Assembly: GCA_007133565.1 (NCBI GenBank)
Contig: SLMM01000014.1
Location: 4,405 to 68,404, forward strand
From: Bacteroidales bacterium
GTDB lineage: Bacteria > Bacteroidota > Bacteroidia > Bacteroidales > PUMT01
DNA length: 64,000 bases
Direction of reading: 5' to 3'
Part shown: positions 1-9,167 of the stretch, in pieces
How the letters are laid out: each line of letters starts with the position of its first letter
Numbering within the stretch: the stretch's first letter is position 1
Made by a program: the position numbers and the translations under genes
The notes under the pieces: generated by a model
Seen by the model: only the letters and a program-made list of their open reading frames with translations
Told to the model about the DNA's origin: nothing
Database searches by the model: none

Positions 1-269
1 TTTTCAGGTCGGGCAGTTTCCGGCCTGAGGTTGTACTTGTTACAAATATGGGGATCGGACAGCTTTCCGGCAGGGAGAACCATCTCAATATACCGGTCAA
101 CACTATGGAGAAGGGGTATATCGAGTCGGGAGTTCTTGTTAATAACCTGCTCAGGCAGTTTTTTCTGGGATATGGGATAGGGGTTTTCTACCGGTACGGC
201 CCCTATTCCTTCGACAGGGTAGCCGATAACTTTGCATTTAAGCTTACCCTCAGTATTAACCTAAGATAA
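1..269 (+). CDS. 3' end of an unidentified CDS entering from upstream (possibly an outer-membrane beta-barrel C-terminus)
   Basis: Frame 3 is open from the window edge to the stop at 267-269. The tail GYGIGVFYRYGPYSFDRVADNFAFKLTLSINLR alternates hydrophobic residues like terminal beta strands. The opposite strand is also open over 1-260, so this call is weak. Confidence 0.3.
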   Translation, partial: FRSGSFRPEVVLVTNMGIGQLSGRENHLNIPVNTMEKGYIESGVLVNNLLRQFFLGYGIGVFYRYGPYSFDRVADNFAFKLTLSINLR

Positions 270-280
270 AAAGACGGGAT

Positions 281-1159
281 ATGGGACACAGATCAGGGTT
301 TGTTAATATTCTGGGTAACCCGAATGTCGGGAAGTCGACAATCATGAATGCCCTTGTCGGCGAGAACCTGTCTATTATTACCTCAAAGGTCCAGACCACC
401 AGGCACAGGATCATGGGGATTGTTAACGGTGATGATTTCCAGATAGTATATTCAGATACACCTGGCATAGTAAAGCCCAATTACAAGCTTCATGAATCAA
501 TGATGAAGTTTGTGAGCAGTGCACTGGCCGATGCGGATATTCTTCTTTATGTGACTGATGTAGGTGATGATATTCTTAAAAACAGTGAATATCTTTCAAA
601 GATCAGGCGGCTCAAAATTCCTGTCCTGCTTCTGATCAACAAGATCGACCTGGGTTCCCGGGAACAGGTTGAGATGCTCACTGATAAATGGAAGGAGATA
701 CTGCCTGATGCCTTTATAATACCCCTGTCGGCAAAAGAGCGGTTCAATCTCGATAAGGTATTCGGACAAATCCTGGAGCTACTGCCCGAATCGCCTCCTT
801 ATTATCCCAAGGATGCATTAACCGATAAATCTGAGAGGTTCTTCGCGTCTGAAATTATCAGGGAGAAGGTTTTTATTAACTACCGCAAGGAGGTTCCTTA
901 CTCAACCGAGATTGAAATAGAAGAGTTCATGGATACGGAAGACATCCTCCGTATCAGGGCAATTATCCATGTGTCACGCGAAACCCAGAAAGGAATTATT
1001 ATAGGTAACAAGGGCGCTGCGCTGAAAAGAACAGGTACGGCAGCAAGAATTGATTTGGAGGAGTTTTTCGGCCGGAAGGTCTACCTCGAATTGTTCGTAA
1101 AGGTAAACAAGGACTGGCGTACCAGGGAGAACCAGCTGAAACGTTTCGGATACAGGTAA
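281..1159 (+). CDS. era: GTPase Era
   Basis: 292 aa. P-loop GNPNVGKST, DTPG, NKID, and a C-terminal KH-like region. Typical era-der neighbourhood. Confidence 0.95.
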   Translation: MGHRSGFVNILGNPNVGKSTIMNALVGENLSIITSKVQTTRHRIMGIVNGDDFQIVYSDTPGIVKPNYKLHESMMKFVSSALADADILLYVTDVGDDILKNSEYLSKIRRLKIPVLLLINKIDLGSREQVEMLTDKWKEILPDAFIIPLSAKERFNLDKVFGQILELLPESPPYYPKDALTDKSERFFASEIIREKVFINYRKEVPYSTEIEIEEFMDTEDILRIRAIIHVSRETQKGIIIGNKGAALKRTGTAARIDLEEFFGRKVYLELFVKVNKDWRTRENQLKRFGYR

Positions 1160-1234
1160 GACTGACCGTGAGCAGGGATCCGGGAGTACGCATGTCAAAC
1201 CCGCAGTAACCAAAAGTCAAAGATAAGATAAAAA

Positions 1235-2542
1235 ATGAGCTATATTGTTGCAATAGTAGGACGTCCCAATGTGGGCAAATCAACCCTTTTTAACCGGCTT
1301 TGTGGTGAAAGGAAGGCAATTGTTGACGAGGTTTCCGGGGTTACCCGTGACAGGCACTACGGGAAATCGGACTGGAACGGCAAGGAGTTTTCGATAATTG
1401 ATACCGGTGGATACATCACAAGCTCAGGTGATATATTTGAGGAGGAGATACGCAGGCAGGTTATGCTGGCCATTGATGAGGCTGATTCGGTAATGTTCGT
1501 TGTTGATGTTACAAGCGGTATAACCGACATTGACGAGAGGATTGCTGCACTGTTGAGAAAAAGCGGAAAAAGCACGCTGGTTGTGGTGAACAAGGTTGAC
1601 AATTCTCAGAGGTATTATGATGCCAGTGTTTTTTACAGATTCGGACTTGGCGAGATCTATCCGGTATCTGCAATAAACGGATCAGGTACAGGCGAATTGC
1701 TGGATGCACTTGCAAACGATATTCAGCCGGCGGTGAAGGAGAACCGGCTTGAGGATATTCCCGCCCTCGCAATTGTAGGCAGGCCCAATGTCGGCAAATC
1801 TTCACTTACAAATGCCATGCTGGGGGAGGAGAGGAACATTGTAACACCGGTAGCAGGGACCACACGAGATTCCATACATTCTTACTACAACAAATTTGGG
1901 CATGAGTTTTTCCTGGTTGACACCGCGGGATTGCGGAAGAGGGGAAAAGCCATGGAGAACATCGAGTTTTATTCTATCATGAGGTCGATCAGGGCTATCG
2001 AAAGGTCTGACGTGTGTGTCCTTATGGTTGATGCAACAACCGGGATGCAGGCCCAGGATGTGAACATCTTCAATCTTATCGTAAGGAACAGAAAAGGGGT
2101 GGTGATTGCCGTGAACAAATGGGACCTGATTGAAAAAGATACAGCTACGGTAAAAGAATATACAGGTATAATAAAAGAGCGCATATCACCATTTGATGAT
2201 GTGCCGGTAATTTTCTCATCGGCCCTTACGATGCAGAGAATATACAAAATACTGGAGGAGGCCGCAGGAGTTTATACCAGGAGAAAGCAACGTATCAGCA
2301 CCTCCAGGCTGAATGATATGCTGCGGAAAGCGGTTGACCAGTTCCACCCCCCTGCCGTAAAGGGGAAGCACATCAAGATAAACTACGTTACCCAACTGCC
2401 TGTGAGCACACCTGCGTTCGCTTTTTTCTGCAACCTGCCACAGTACATAAGAGAGCCCTACAAAAGGTATCTGGAAAACAGGTTGAGAGAGAACTTTGAT
2501 TTTACAGGTGTACCTGTCCAGCTATATTTCAGGAAGAAATAA
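1235..2542 (+). CDS. der: Ribosome-biogenesis GTPase Der (EngA)
   Basis: 435 aa with two tandem GTPase domains (GRPNVGKST twice, DTGG/DTAG, NKVD/NKWD) plus a C-terminal KH-like domain. Confidence 0.95.
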   Translation: MSYIVAIVGRPNVGKSTLFNRLCGERKAIVDEVSGVTRDRHYGKSDWNGKEFSIIDTGGYITSSGDIFEEEIRRQVMLAIDEADSVMFVVDVTSGITDIDERIAALLRKSGKSTLVVVNKVDNSQRYYDASVFYRFGLGEIYPVSAINGSGTGELLDALANDIQPAVKENRLEDIPALAIVGRPNVGKSSLTNAMLGEERNIVTPVAGTTRDSIHSYYNKFGHEFFLVDTAGLRKRGKAMENIEFYSIMRSIRAIERSDVCVLMVDATTGMQAQDVNIFNLIVRNRKGVVIAVNKWDLIEKDTATVKEYTGIIKERISPFDDVPVIFSSALTMQRIYKILEEAAGVYTRRKQRISTSRLNDMLRKAVDQFHPPAVKGKHIKINYVTQLPVSTPAFAFFCNLPQYIREPYKRYLENRLRENFDFTGVPVQLYFRKK

Positions 2543-2557
2543 AGCTGCGACCCGGGG

Positions 2558-5500
2558 TCAGACCTTTATTCCCATGAAAAGCACATCGTCAACCTGTTCA
2601 TGGTCTCCTTTCCAGAGATTAAAGCTGTTGCGGATGTGTTCGTGCTGCTCAGACATGGGCTTATCGCATATATCTGCCAGCAGATTCTTCAGCCTGACCA
2701 TTTTGAATTTCTTGCCGAGCGGACCTCCGAACTGATCAGGATATCCATCGCTGAAGAGGTAGATAATATCGCCCGGGTCAAGTTGGTAGCCCTGGTTCTC
2801 AAACTCCTTTTGCTCTGTATAATATCCACCTATTGAGTTACGGCTTCCCCTGATATATGTCAGCTCACCCTTATGGTGCATCATTATGGGCCGCATTGCA
2901 GAAGCAAAACGGAAATAGCTCCTTTCAAGGTCAAACTCACATACAGTAATATCCATGCCGTCAGTTGATTTACCTGACGGGTCAATATTCTGGTTAAGTG
3001 TGCTGGTAACCTCCCTGTCGAGTGTGGCAAGCACATCGGAAGGTGAGGAAATGTCCGGCCGCATACAGATATCCTTGATAAGTGTTGTACCTATCATCGA
3101 CATGAAGGCACCGGGTACACCATGGCCGGTTGAATCGGCACAAACTATAAGGAACTTGTTTTCAGCAACCTTGTCGAACCAGTAGAAATCGCCGCTTACG
3201 ATATCCCTGGGCTGATAAAATACGAAAGACTCCCTGAAATTTTCCGATATTTTTGTGACAGGTGGGAGTATACTGGCCTGAATCCGCTGTGCATAGTTTA
3301 TGCTATCGGTGATATCCTTGTTCTTGTGCTCAATTTCCGCTTTTTGCTCAACAACCTCCCTTGTCCTGATATCAAGCTCTTTTTCAATACGCTCCTTCTC
3401 AATCCTCAGGTTACGCTCCCTTATCTTGATGAAAATAAACAGCGCCAGTCCGGCAAAAAGAGCAACAAACAGGAAAAAATACCATTTTTTCCATATTGGT
3501 TTATCGATTATGATCGCAAGTTCCAGGGGGTGTTCGGTTGAAATTCCGTCAGCATTTGTTGCCCTGAGCAGGAAAGTGAAGTTGCCGTCGTCAAGCCTTG
3601 GATAGTATGCATATCTCTGTTCCGAGGGATCTGACCAGTCCAGGTCGAATCCTTCAAGCTTATACTGGTATGATACTTTATCAGGATCGCTATAGCTGAA
3701 ACCGATGAAATCAATTCTGAACCTGTAGCTCCCGTAGGGAAGGGATATGCGGTCAACACCCATATACCGGTCGTCTGATACCTGTATGGATGTGATATTC
3801 AGAATTGGCGGAGCGGTAAATTCTTTTTCCCTTGAATTATCATATATAACCAGACCCCCGGTTGTGCCAAACAACAGGAGGCCGTCTAAGGTTTTGTGAC
3901 CGGCATTATGGTTGAAATCGCCTGTTATGGCACTTTCGGTACTGTAGGTCCTTACGTGGTAGGTTTCCGGGTTTATCCTGCTTACACCCAACCTGTGGCC
4001 CACCCATATGGTTCCCCGGTCGTCAGTTATCATGCTGTAGCAGAAATTGCTGTGAAGACCCTCATCGGTTGTGAGCTGGACCATTGTATCATTGGATACG
4101 CGGATAATGCCGTTTCCGGCGGTGGCTGCCCATAAATCCCCTTCAGCGTCTTCGGTCAGTGCAACAAAATCAAGCTCCATGGATGGAATCATTATCGTTC
4201 TCCTGTTTTCGGCAATTTCGATATCAACCAGCCTGTTTCCTCTTGTTGCAACCCAATTAGTGCCGTCAGATGCCTGAAAAATACTCCTTATATAGTTGTG
4301 TGGCATCCCCTCGTCTGTCCCAAACCGCAATCTTTCAGCAGTTTCAAGGTTGAACTCAAGTACGCCGCTGCTGGTGGCAGCTCTTAATAATCCATTATCA
4401 TACTGAAGGTCATGTACTGCATTCTCAAGTGAGTATGCTGAAAAATAAAACCTTTCTGCTGTAAGACTACTCCTGTCAAGCTTATAAATTCCATTTTCTG
4501 ATGTCCCCACCCACAAGGTTCCATCTTTGGAGCCGGTAATTGCGGTTACATTGTCAAATGGCAGGCCCCTTCCCGTACCAAGGAATGTCTGTTCGCCGGA
4601 CACCCTTGATATCCTCATCAGTCCGCTTTCTCCCCCCAGCCAGAAGTGGTTGTTGTCTGAAAAGACAGACAGCACATTCTGACCGAAAGGTTCCCTGAAA
4701 GACCTGTAAAAACTGAAGGCTTCGTCGGCGAGCATTGATAATCCGTCGAATGTTGCGAACCAGAAATTACCCTCAGCATCGGAAATGGTCTGGTGAATTA
4801 TATCGGCAGGGAGCCCGTTACGGGTTGTGAAGTTTTTTACAACAGACACCTCCTCTTCGACGGCAGGGGTGCTTAGCCTGAAAACACCATCGCCCCGGGT
4901 ATTGACCCATAAGTTGCCGGATCGGTCTCTGTAAAGTGATTCGACCGTGGTGTTTTCGAAACCGTAACCAGCACCAATATTTGTAACATCAAAGCCTCCG
5001 TCAGCCCTGTTTGCCAGGTGATAAACCCCATAGCCCCGTGTTCCGGCAAATATGCCTTCCTCACGAGTAGTGAGTAAAGTTGATATCGCAACAGATGGTA
5101 ATCCCTCAATTTTGTTTGCCATTTGGGGGATGCTACCGGGTGAGTAGTTGTAAATGTAAAGGCCTTCGAAGGTCCCGATAAGAAGCCTGTCATCCTGTGT
5201 TACGGCCATCGTGGTTATGGCTGTACCTGAAAACATATCATGGAGGGGTGTGATATTCATTTCCCGGTCTATGGTGATCATCCCATGCTGCTGCGATGTT
5301 ACCAGAATGTTGCCCTCACTGTCCTCGGCAATGCCGGTGACCAGGGTTCTCATATCATTGTTATCAGGCACTGATATCCTGTTGTCTGACAGTACAGCAA
5401 CACCTCCGTTGTTGAAACCGAACCAGATCCTTCCCTGTGAATCATCGAAACTTTTTACTACAAAACCTGAGGGCAATGAATCGCCCGACGGGTTTATTTC

Positions 5501-5713
5501 AAATTCAAAACCGTCAAACCTTGCAAGCCCGGTACTGGTCCCTATCCACATGAAGCCTGCCTGGTCCTGGTTTACGGTGTAAACAAACCTGTGGGGCAGG
5601 CCCTGTTCGATTCCATAATTGCGGAACCGGTATTCCTGTGCCTGCGATGACAGGTTCAAAACAAATAATATAATAGCTGAGAGTGCTGTCTGCCTGAATA
5701 TTGACCCCGGCAT
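2558..5713 (-). CDS. Membrane sensor: periplasmic beta-propeller repeats + Y_Y_Y-like region + TM + coiled coil + PP2C/SpoIIE phosphatase domain
   Basis: 1051 aa with an N-terminal signal sequence. Many ~40-aa repeats of the two-component-regulator propeller type (W.GT..GL). YQYKLEGFDLDWS region, one TM helix (WYFFLFVALFAGLALFIFI), and SpoIIE-type motifs SGDFYWFD, DSTGHGVPGAFMS and FSDGYPDQFGG. Confidence 0.8.
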   Translation of the reverse strand: MPGSIFRQTALSAIILFVLNLSSQAQEYRFRNYGIEQGLPHRFVYTVNQDQAGFMWIGTSTGLARFDGFEFEINPSGDSLPSGFVVKSFDDSQGRIWFGFNNGGVAVLSDNRISVPDNNDMRTLVTGIAEDSEGNILVTSQQHGMITIDREMNITPLHDMFSGTAITTMAVTQDDRLLIGTFEGLYIYNYSPGSIPQMANKIEGLPSVAISTLLTTREEGIFAGTRGYGVYHLANRADGGFDVTNIGAGYGFENTTVESLYRDRSGNLWVNTRGDGVFRLSTPAVEEEVSVVKNFTTRNGLPADIIHQTISDAEGNFWFATFDGLSMLADEAFSFYRSFREPFGQNVLSVFSDNNHFWLGGESGLMRISRVSGEQTFLGTGRGLPFDNVTAITGSKDGTLWVGTSENGIYKLDRSSLTAERFYFSAYSLENAVHDLQYDNGLLRAATSSGVLEFNLETAERLRFGTDEGMPHNYIRSIFQASDGTNWVATRGNRLVDIEIAENRRTIMIPSMELDFVALTEDAEGDLWAATAGNGIIRVSNDTMVQLTTDEGLHSNFCYSMITDDRGTIWVGHRLGVSRINPETYHVRTYSTESAITGDFNHNAGHKTLDGLLLFGTTGGLVIYDNSREKEFTAPPILNITSIQVSDDRYMGVDRISLPYGSYRFRIDFIGFSYSDPDKVSYQYKLEGFDLDWSDPSEQRYAYYPRLDDGNFTFLLRATNADGISTEHPLELAIIIDKPIWKKWYFFLFVALFAGLALFIFIKIRERNLRIEKERIEKELDIRTREVVEQKAEIEHKNKDITDSINYAQRIQASILPPVTKISENFRESFVFYQPRDIVSGDFYWFDKVAENKFLIVCADSTGHGVPGAFMSMIGTTLIKDICMRPDISSPSDVLATLDREVTSTLNQNIDPSGKSTDGMDITVCEFDLERSYFRFASAMRPIMMHHKGELTYIRGSRNSIGGYYTEQKEFENQGYQLDPGDIIYLFSDGYPDQFGGPLGKKFKMVRLKNLLADICDKPMSEQHEHIRNSFNLWKGDHEQVDDVLFMGIKV

Positions 5714-5731
5714 TGTATTCTGTTTTTATGA

Positions 5732-6706
5732 TTAATTACCCGCGGGCCTGACCCCGATACTGTACCCGTACTGGGGTACGCCGCCTATCGGTATTACGTA
5801 GAACGGAAGCGCCTGGTCATACTGGTTGCGGATTGTCACGACAACATTGTTATTCCTTACCACAGGGTTGGCCCGCTTGTGAAACTGAAGGTCGAGCGAG
5901 GTTCCCCGTTCTTCGGGAAGAATTGCAAACCTGTCATGTGTCCAGTAATCGTCCCCTGAAACTTCCAGCACCTGCCCCTGCCTGGCTACAGACACAATCC
6001 TGATGATCCCGTCATAATCCCAGTCGAAATTTGACACCTCCACATAAATTGTTTCTTCATCTATGAAGGGATAAATATGCGAGATCTCGCTCGGATCATT
6101 GGAGAGCCTGAAAGTATAGCTGTAGGCAAATGCGTTTCCCCCTTCAACAGGAATGTTCTGATTGGCACTGGTAGAGAGAAAATAGCGGTAAAGGTTGCCG
6201 TCATCGCCCTCCACTCCCTGGGCAATGATCTTGAAAATGTTGCCCCTGAACTTTTCAACATACTCTCCCTCCATGGGATTGAAAGGCCCGAAGGTGTACC
6301 AGGTCGCGTCATATTCGGGTTCGTTGCCGAATGTTTTTGAGGCAAGCATGTTGCCGCTGCGGTAGTTGCCTTCAGGTGCCGTACCCTGGGCGTCGGGATG
6401 GGACCAGGCCTCCGGCCCTCCGTATACTGAATAATTTACCCTTGTGTTCCAGTACCCGTTAAGTTCATCATACCGCCCTCCGATACCCGGATTGTAGACC
6501 CTTATGTATACAGGTTCTGTATGTTCTTCGGGAATCAGAAAGAAAAAAGTCTGTGTGAAATTGTCGTCACCCCATGAAGGGCAGGCGTCACCGCCAAATG
6601 TTACAAGCCACGGAATATTCTCGTCCGGGGCGGGAACGGGTTGAGAGAGAACCGGGCTAAGGAGCGTCTTGAAAAGAATTGTTATAATCAGTAAGCGATA
6701 CCTCAT
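5732..6706 (-). CDS. Secreted hypothetical protein (no family recognised)
   Basis: 324 aa, ATG start, N-terminal signal peptide (LLIITILFKTLLSPVLSQ). Lies 18 nt upstream of the PP2C sensor gene on the same strand. No motif I can assign. Confidence 0.6.
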   Translation of the reverse strand: MRYRLLIITILFKTLLSPVLSQPVPAPDENIPWLVTFGGDACPSWGDDNFTQTFFFLIPEEHTEPVYIRVYNPGIGGRYDELNGYWNTRVNYSVYGGPEAWSHPDAQGTAPEGNYRSGNMLASKTFGNEPEYDATWYTFGPFNPMEGEYVEKFRGNIFKIIAQGVEGDDGNLYRYFLSTSANQNIPVEGGNAFAYSYTFRLSNDPSEISHIYPFIDEETIYVEVSNFDWDYDGIIRIVSVARQGQVLEVSGDDYWTHDRFAILPEERGTSLDLQFHKRANPVVRNNNVVVTIRNQYDQALPFYVIPIGGVPQYGYSIGVRPAGN

Positions 6707-6796
6707 CCTATTTCATTATTTTTATTCATATACGTCAAAAACGTCAAACGGTTTCTTTTTTATATGAGTAATCTTACAGGTTACACAATGCACTTC

Positions 6797-8242
6797 TCAA
6801 AAACCGTGCCTGTTCTGTCCCTCCTCCACAACATCTCCCTGAATTGGTTCCAGCACTTCTATCTCTTTGTAAACGCACAATCTCCGGTAGCCATAGGGTG
6901 AATCGGGGTCTGAGGTTACACCCAGGATAATTTCGTATGTTCCGGAGAACCGGTAGGTATGATTGATGACCTCTCCCGAAACCTTGGTCCCGTCACCAAG
7001 GTCCCAGTAAAAATCTTCTATATCAAAATTCCTTAAATATGTATCAGTGGCATCTAGGGAAAACTGCCTGCCGGCGTATACTGTATCGGGTGCATTGATG
7101 ACCGGCTGCTCTACCCTGGGGGTTGTAAAGTTGTAATAGGCTACATTGGCCTGCATTTCACCGGTAATCATGTCGATCACATCAAGCCGCACCGTATAGG
7201 TTCCAAGTTCCTCGAAGCAATGCTCCGCCTCCAGTCCCCGAATCCTGGTGCCGTCTCCCATGTCCCATTCAAGGTAGAGGGTGGTGGTGTCAATTCTCTC
7301 AGCCCGCTGCTCATAAAAAACAAAACAGAGTTGCTCCTCGCGCATAGTTTCACAGCCCGTGAATAGGGGAAAGGTTGATATGAAGGAGTATATATTGTCT
7401 GTTCCCTCCCTGTTTGAGGAAAAATAGCCTTCTGAAAGCTCCCTGTCGGCTATGAATGCGAAGTCGTCATATTCTGAGTTGAATGGTTCAGGCATCCTGA
7501 CGGGGGACTGCCATTCATTATCCCGCATAAGGGCGTAATAGAGGTCAAGTGTGCCTCCCGGCGTCCTGTTGGAGGAGAAATAGATCCTGCCTCCCTGGTG
7601 TATCCACGGGAAGACTTCGTCATGCTCAGTATTAATCCCGCTGCCCATATTTTCCGGCGGAGACCAGCTTTGTGCCTGCAGCCTGGATGAATAAAGATCC
7701 ATTCCGCCGTATCCCCCCGGCATATCACTTGTAAAATAGAGTGTTGCACCATCACTGCTTATAGAAGGGTGAGCTACGTTGTAGTTATTGCTGTTGTAAG
7801 GGAAAGGCCTGATGTTTGTCCAGCTCCCCCCGGAATAATCAGCAATGAAGATACCCAGCCTTGACGGCTGGCTCCCTGTACCGGGGATATTCCTGGTAAA
7901 ATAGATCCTTGATCCGTCTTGCGAGAAGCTTACCGGTCCGTCATGCCAGTTGCTCCTCAGGTTCCTGTCTAAAATTACGGGATTCTGCCATCTGCCGGAT
8001 TCCCGTTTGCTGGTGTAATATATATTGAAAAGGTTTTCTCCCTCATCAGTTGTCCTTGAGATAATGAAATTCATCCGCCTGTTGGTGGTAAATACAATCC
8101 CTTCGCCGTAATATGCAGGGGCGAACTCATCAAACTCGTCAGTTGTGAAAGGAAGACGCGTAATTTCATAGAAATCCCCCTGCTGTGCGCCGGAAAAAGA
8201 CGAGAAAGAGATAGCAATCAATATGAATGTGAGTGGCCTCAT
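6797..8242 (-). CDS. PD40 (TolB-like beta-propeller repeat) protein with two C-terminal PKD domains
   Basis: PD40-type repeats (SSDGATLYFTSDMPGGYGGMDLY, GGRIYFSSNRTPGG, EGYFSSNREGTDNIYSF). Two PKD signatures (WDMGDGT...GTYTVRLDV and WDLGDGT...GTYEIILGV). The ATG at 8242 gives the signal peptide MRPLTFILIAISFSSFSGA and lies 2 nt after the PorP/SprF stop. The track's TTG at 8248 is less likely. Confidence 0.75.
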   Translation of the reverse strand: MRPLTFILIAISFSSFSGAQQGDFYEITRLPFTTDEFDEFAPAYYGEGIVFTTNRRMNFIISRTTDEGENLFNIYYTSKRESGRWQNPVILDRNLRSNWHDGPVSFSQDGSRIYFTRNIPGTGSQPSRLGIFIADYSGGSWTNIRPFPYNSNNYNVAHPSISSDGATLYFTSDMPGGYGGMDLYSSRLQAQSWSPPENMGSGINTEHDEVFPWIHQGGRIYFSSNRTPGGTLDLYYALMRDNEWQSPVRMPEPFNSEYDDFAFIADRELSEGYFSSNREGTDNIYSFISTFPLFTGCETMREEQLCFVFYEQRAERIDTTTLYLEWDMGDGTRIRGLEAEHCFEELGTYTVRLDVIDMITGEMQANVAYYNFTTPRVEQPVINAPDTVYAGRQFSLDATDTYLRNFDIEDFYWDLGDGTKVSGEVINHTYRFSGTYEIILGVTSDPDSPYGYRRLCVYKEIEVLEPIQGDVVEEGQNRHGF

Positions 8243-8244
8243 TT

Positions 8245-9156
8245 TCAAAAGTATCGTGGATTAACCGCACTTACCCTGAACCTGAAATCGTAAATAAGCG
8301 CTATTTCATGTGAGCCGCTGTGATAACTGCCAAGCTTTCCCAGGGAGTAATCATATGTGTATCCAAGCCTGAGCCTGTCGCTTATCTGGACCTTTATCAG
8401 TCCGATCAGGGCATCCTCTATCCTGTAGGAGGCACCTATCCATATCAGGTCGCCAAAAATAAAAGACAGGTTGGCATCAACCTGCAGGGGGTTCTTCTCA
8501 TTGTACTTCAGGAGTATACTGGGTTTTACCTTAACTCCCCCCTGACCGATTACGGCACCTCCTGTAAGCAAAAAGTTATAGTTGCTGAAGTCATGGTACA
8601 GTACAGCTTTGCCGTTCCTTGTGCTGTCGCTCATGAAATAGGGGACTGAGGCGCCAAGGAACAACCGGTCTGTATAGTAATAGATTCCAAATCCGAAATT
8701 GGGAAGCAGGTCTCGTGTTGCAGGTTCGCTGAATACGATGTCGCCGGGATCGTGCAGTGATATCCTGCTCCAGTTTGCATTCCTGTTTACCCCCCCTGCC
8801 TTCAGTCCCATAGCAAGACGTCCCTTTGTAAGCGGGATACGATAGGCATAGTTTATATAGAGGCTCGTGTTGTTCCTTACGTCTATCTGTTCATTATTGA
8901 GGAAGATTCCCAGTGCCACATTCTCATTCCTCATTGGGGTATGCATGCTGAGTGTCTGGGATACCGGGGCTCCTTCAAATCCCACCCACTGATTCCTGTA
9001 GCCCAAAGTGATATTGAACACATCACGGCTTCCGGCATAGGCGGGGTTCAGCGCCAGTCCGTTCAGCATATACTGGCTGTATACCGGGAACAGGTGCTGG
9101 CCGTTCATCTCAACGGCGGCCAGGGCAATAATCAATATGGTAATCAATCTTTTCAA
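8245..9156 (-). CDS. PorP/SprF-family type IX secretion system outer-membrane protein
   Basis: 303 aa. N-terminus QHLFPVYSQYMLNGLALNPAYAG...NQWVGFEGAP is the hallmark opening of PorP/SprF beta-barrels. Lies directly downstream of a type-B CTD cargo gene. TTG start. Confidence 0.85.
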   Translation of the reverse strand: MKRLITILIIALAAVEMNGQHLFPVYSQYMLNGLALNPAYAGSRDVFNITLGYRNQWVGFEGAPVSQTLSMHTPMRNENVALGIFLNNEQIDVRNNTSLYINYAYRIPLTKGRLAMGLKAGGVNRNANWSRISLHDPGDIVFSEPATRDLLPNFGFGIYYYTDRLFLGASVPYFMSDSTRNGKAVLYHDFSNYNFLLTGGAVIGQGGVKVKPSILLKYNEKNPLQVDANLSFIFGDLIWIGASYRIEDALIGLIKVQISDRLRLGYTYDYSLGKLGSYHSGSHEIALIYDFRFRVSAVNPRYF

Positions 9157-9167
9157 TAAGTTCCGTT

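Noticed and set aside
1-260. A minus-strand open frame at the left edge. Its only start candidate is the ATG at 83-81, encoding MVLPAGKLSDPH...
   Set aside because: It has no ATG, GTG or TTG before codon 60 of the open stretch. Only 27 codons would lie in the window, and there is no motif. The plus-strand C-terminal fragment is a slightly better explanation, but neither is secure.
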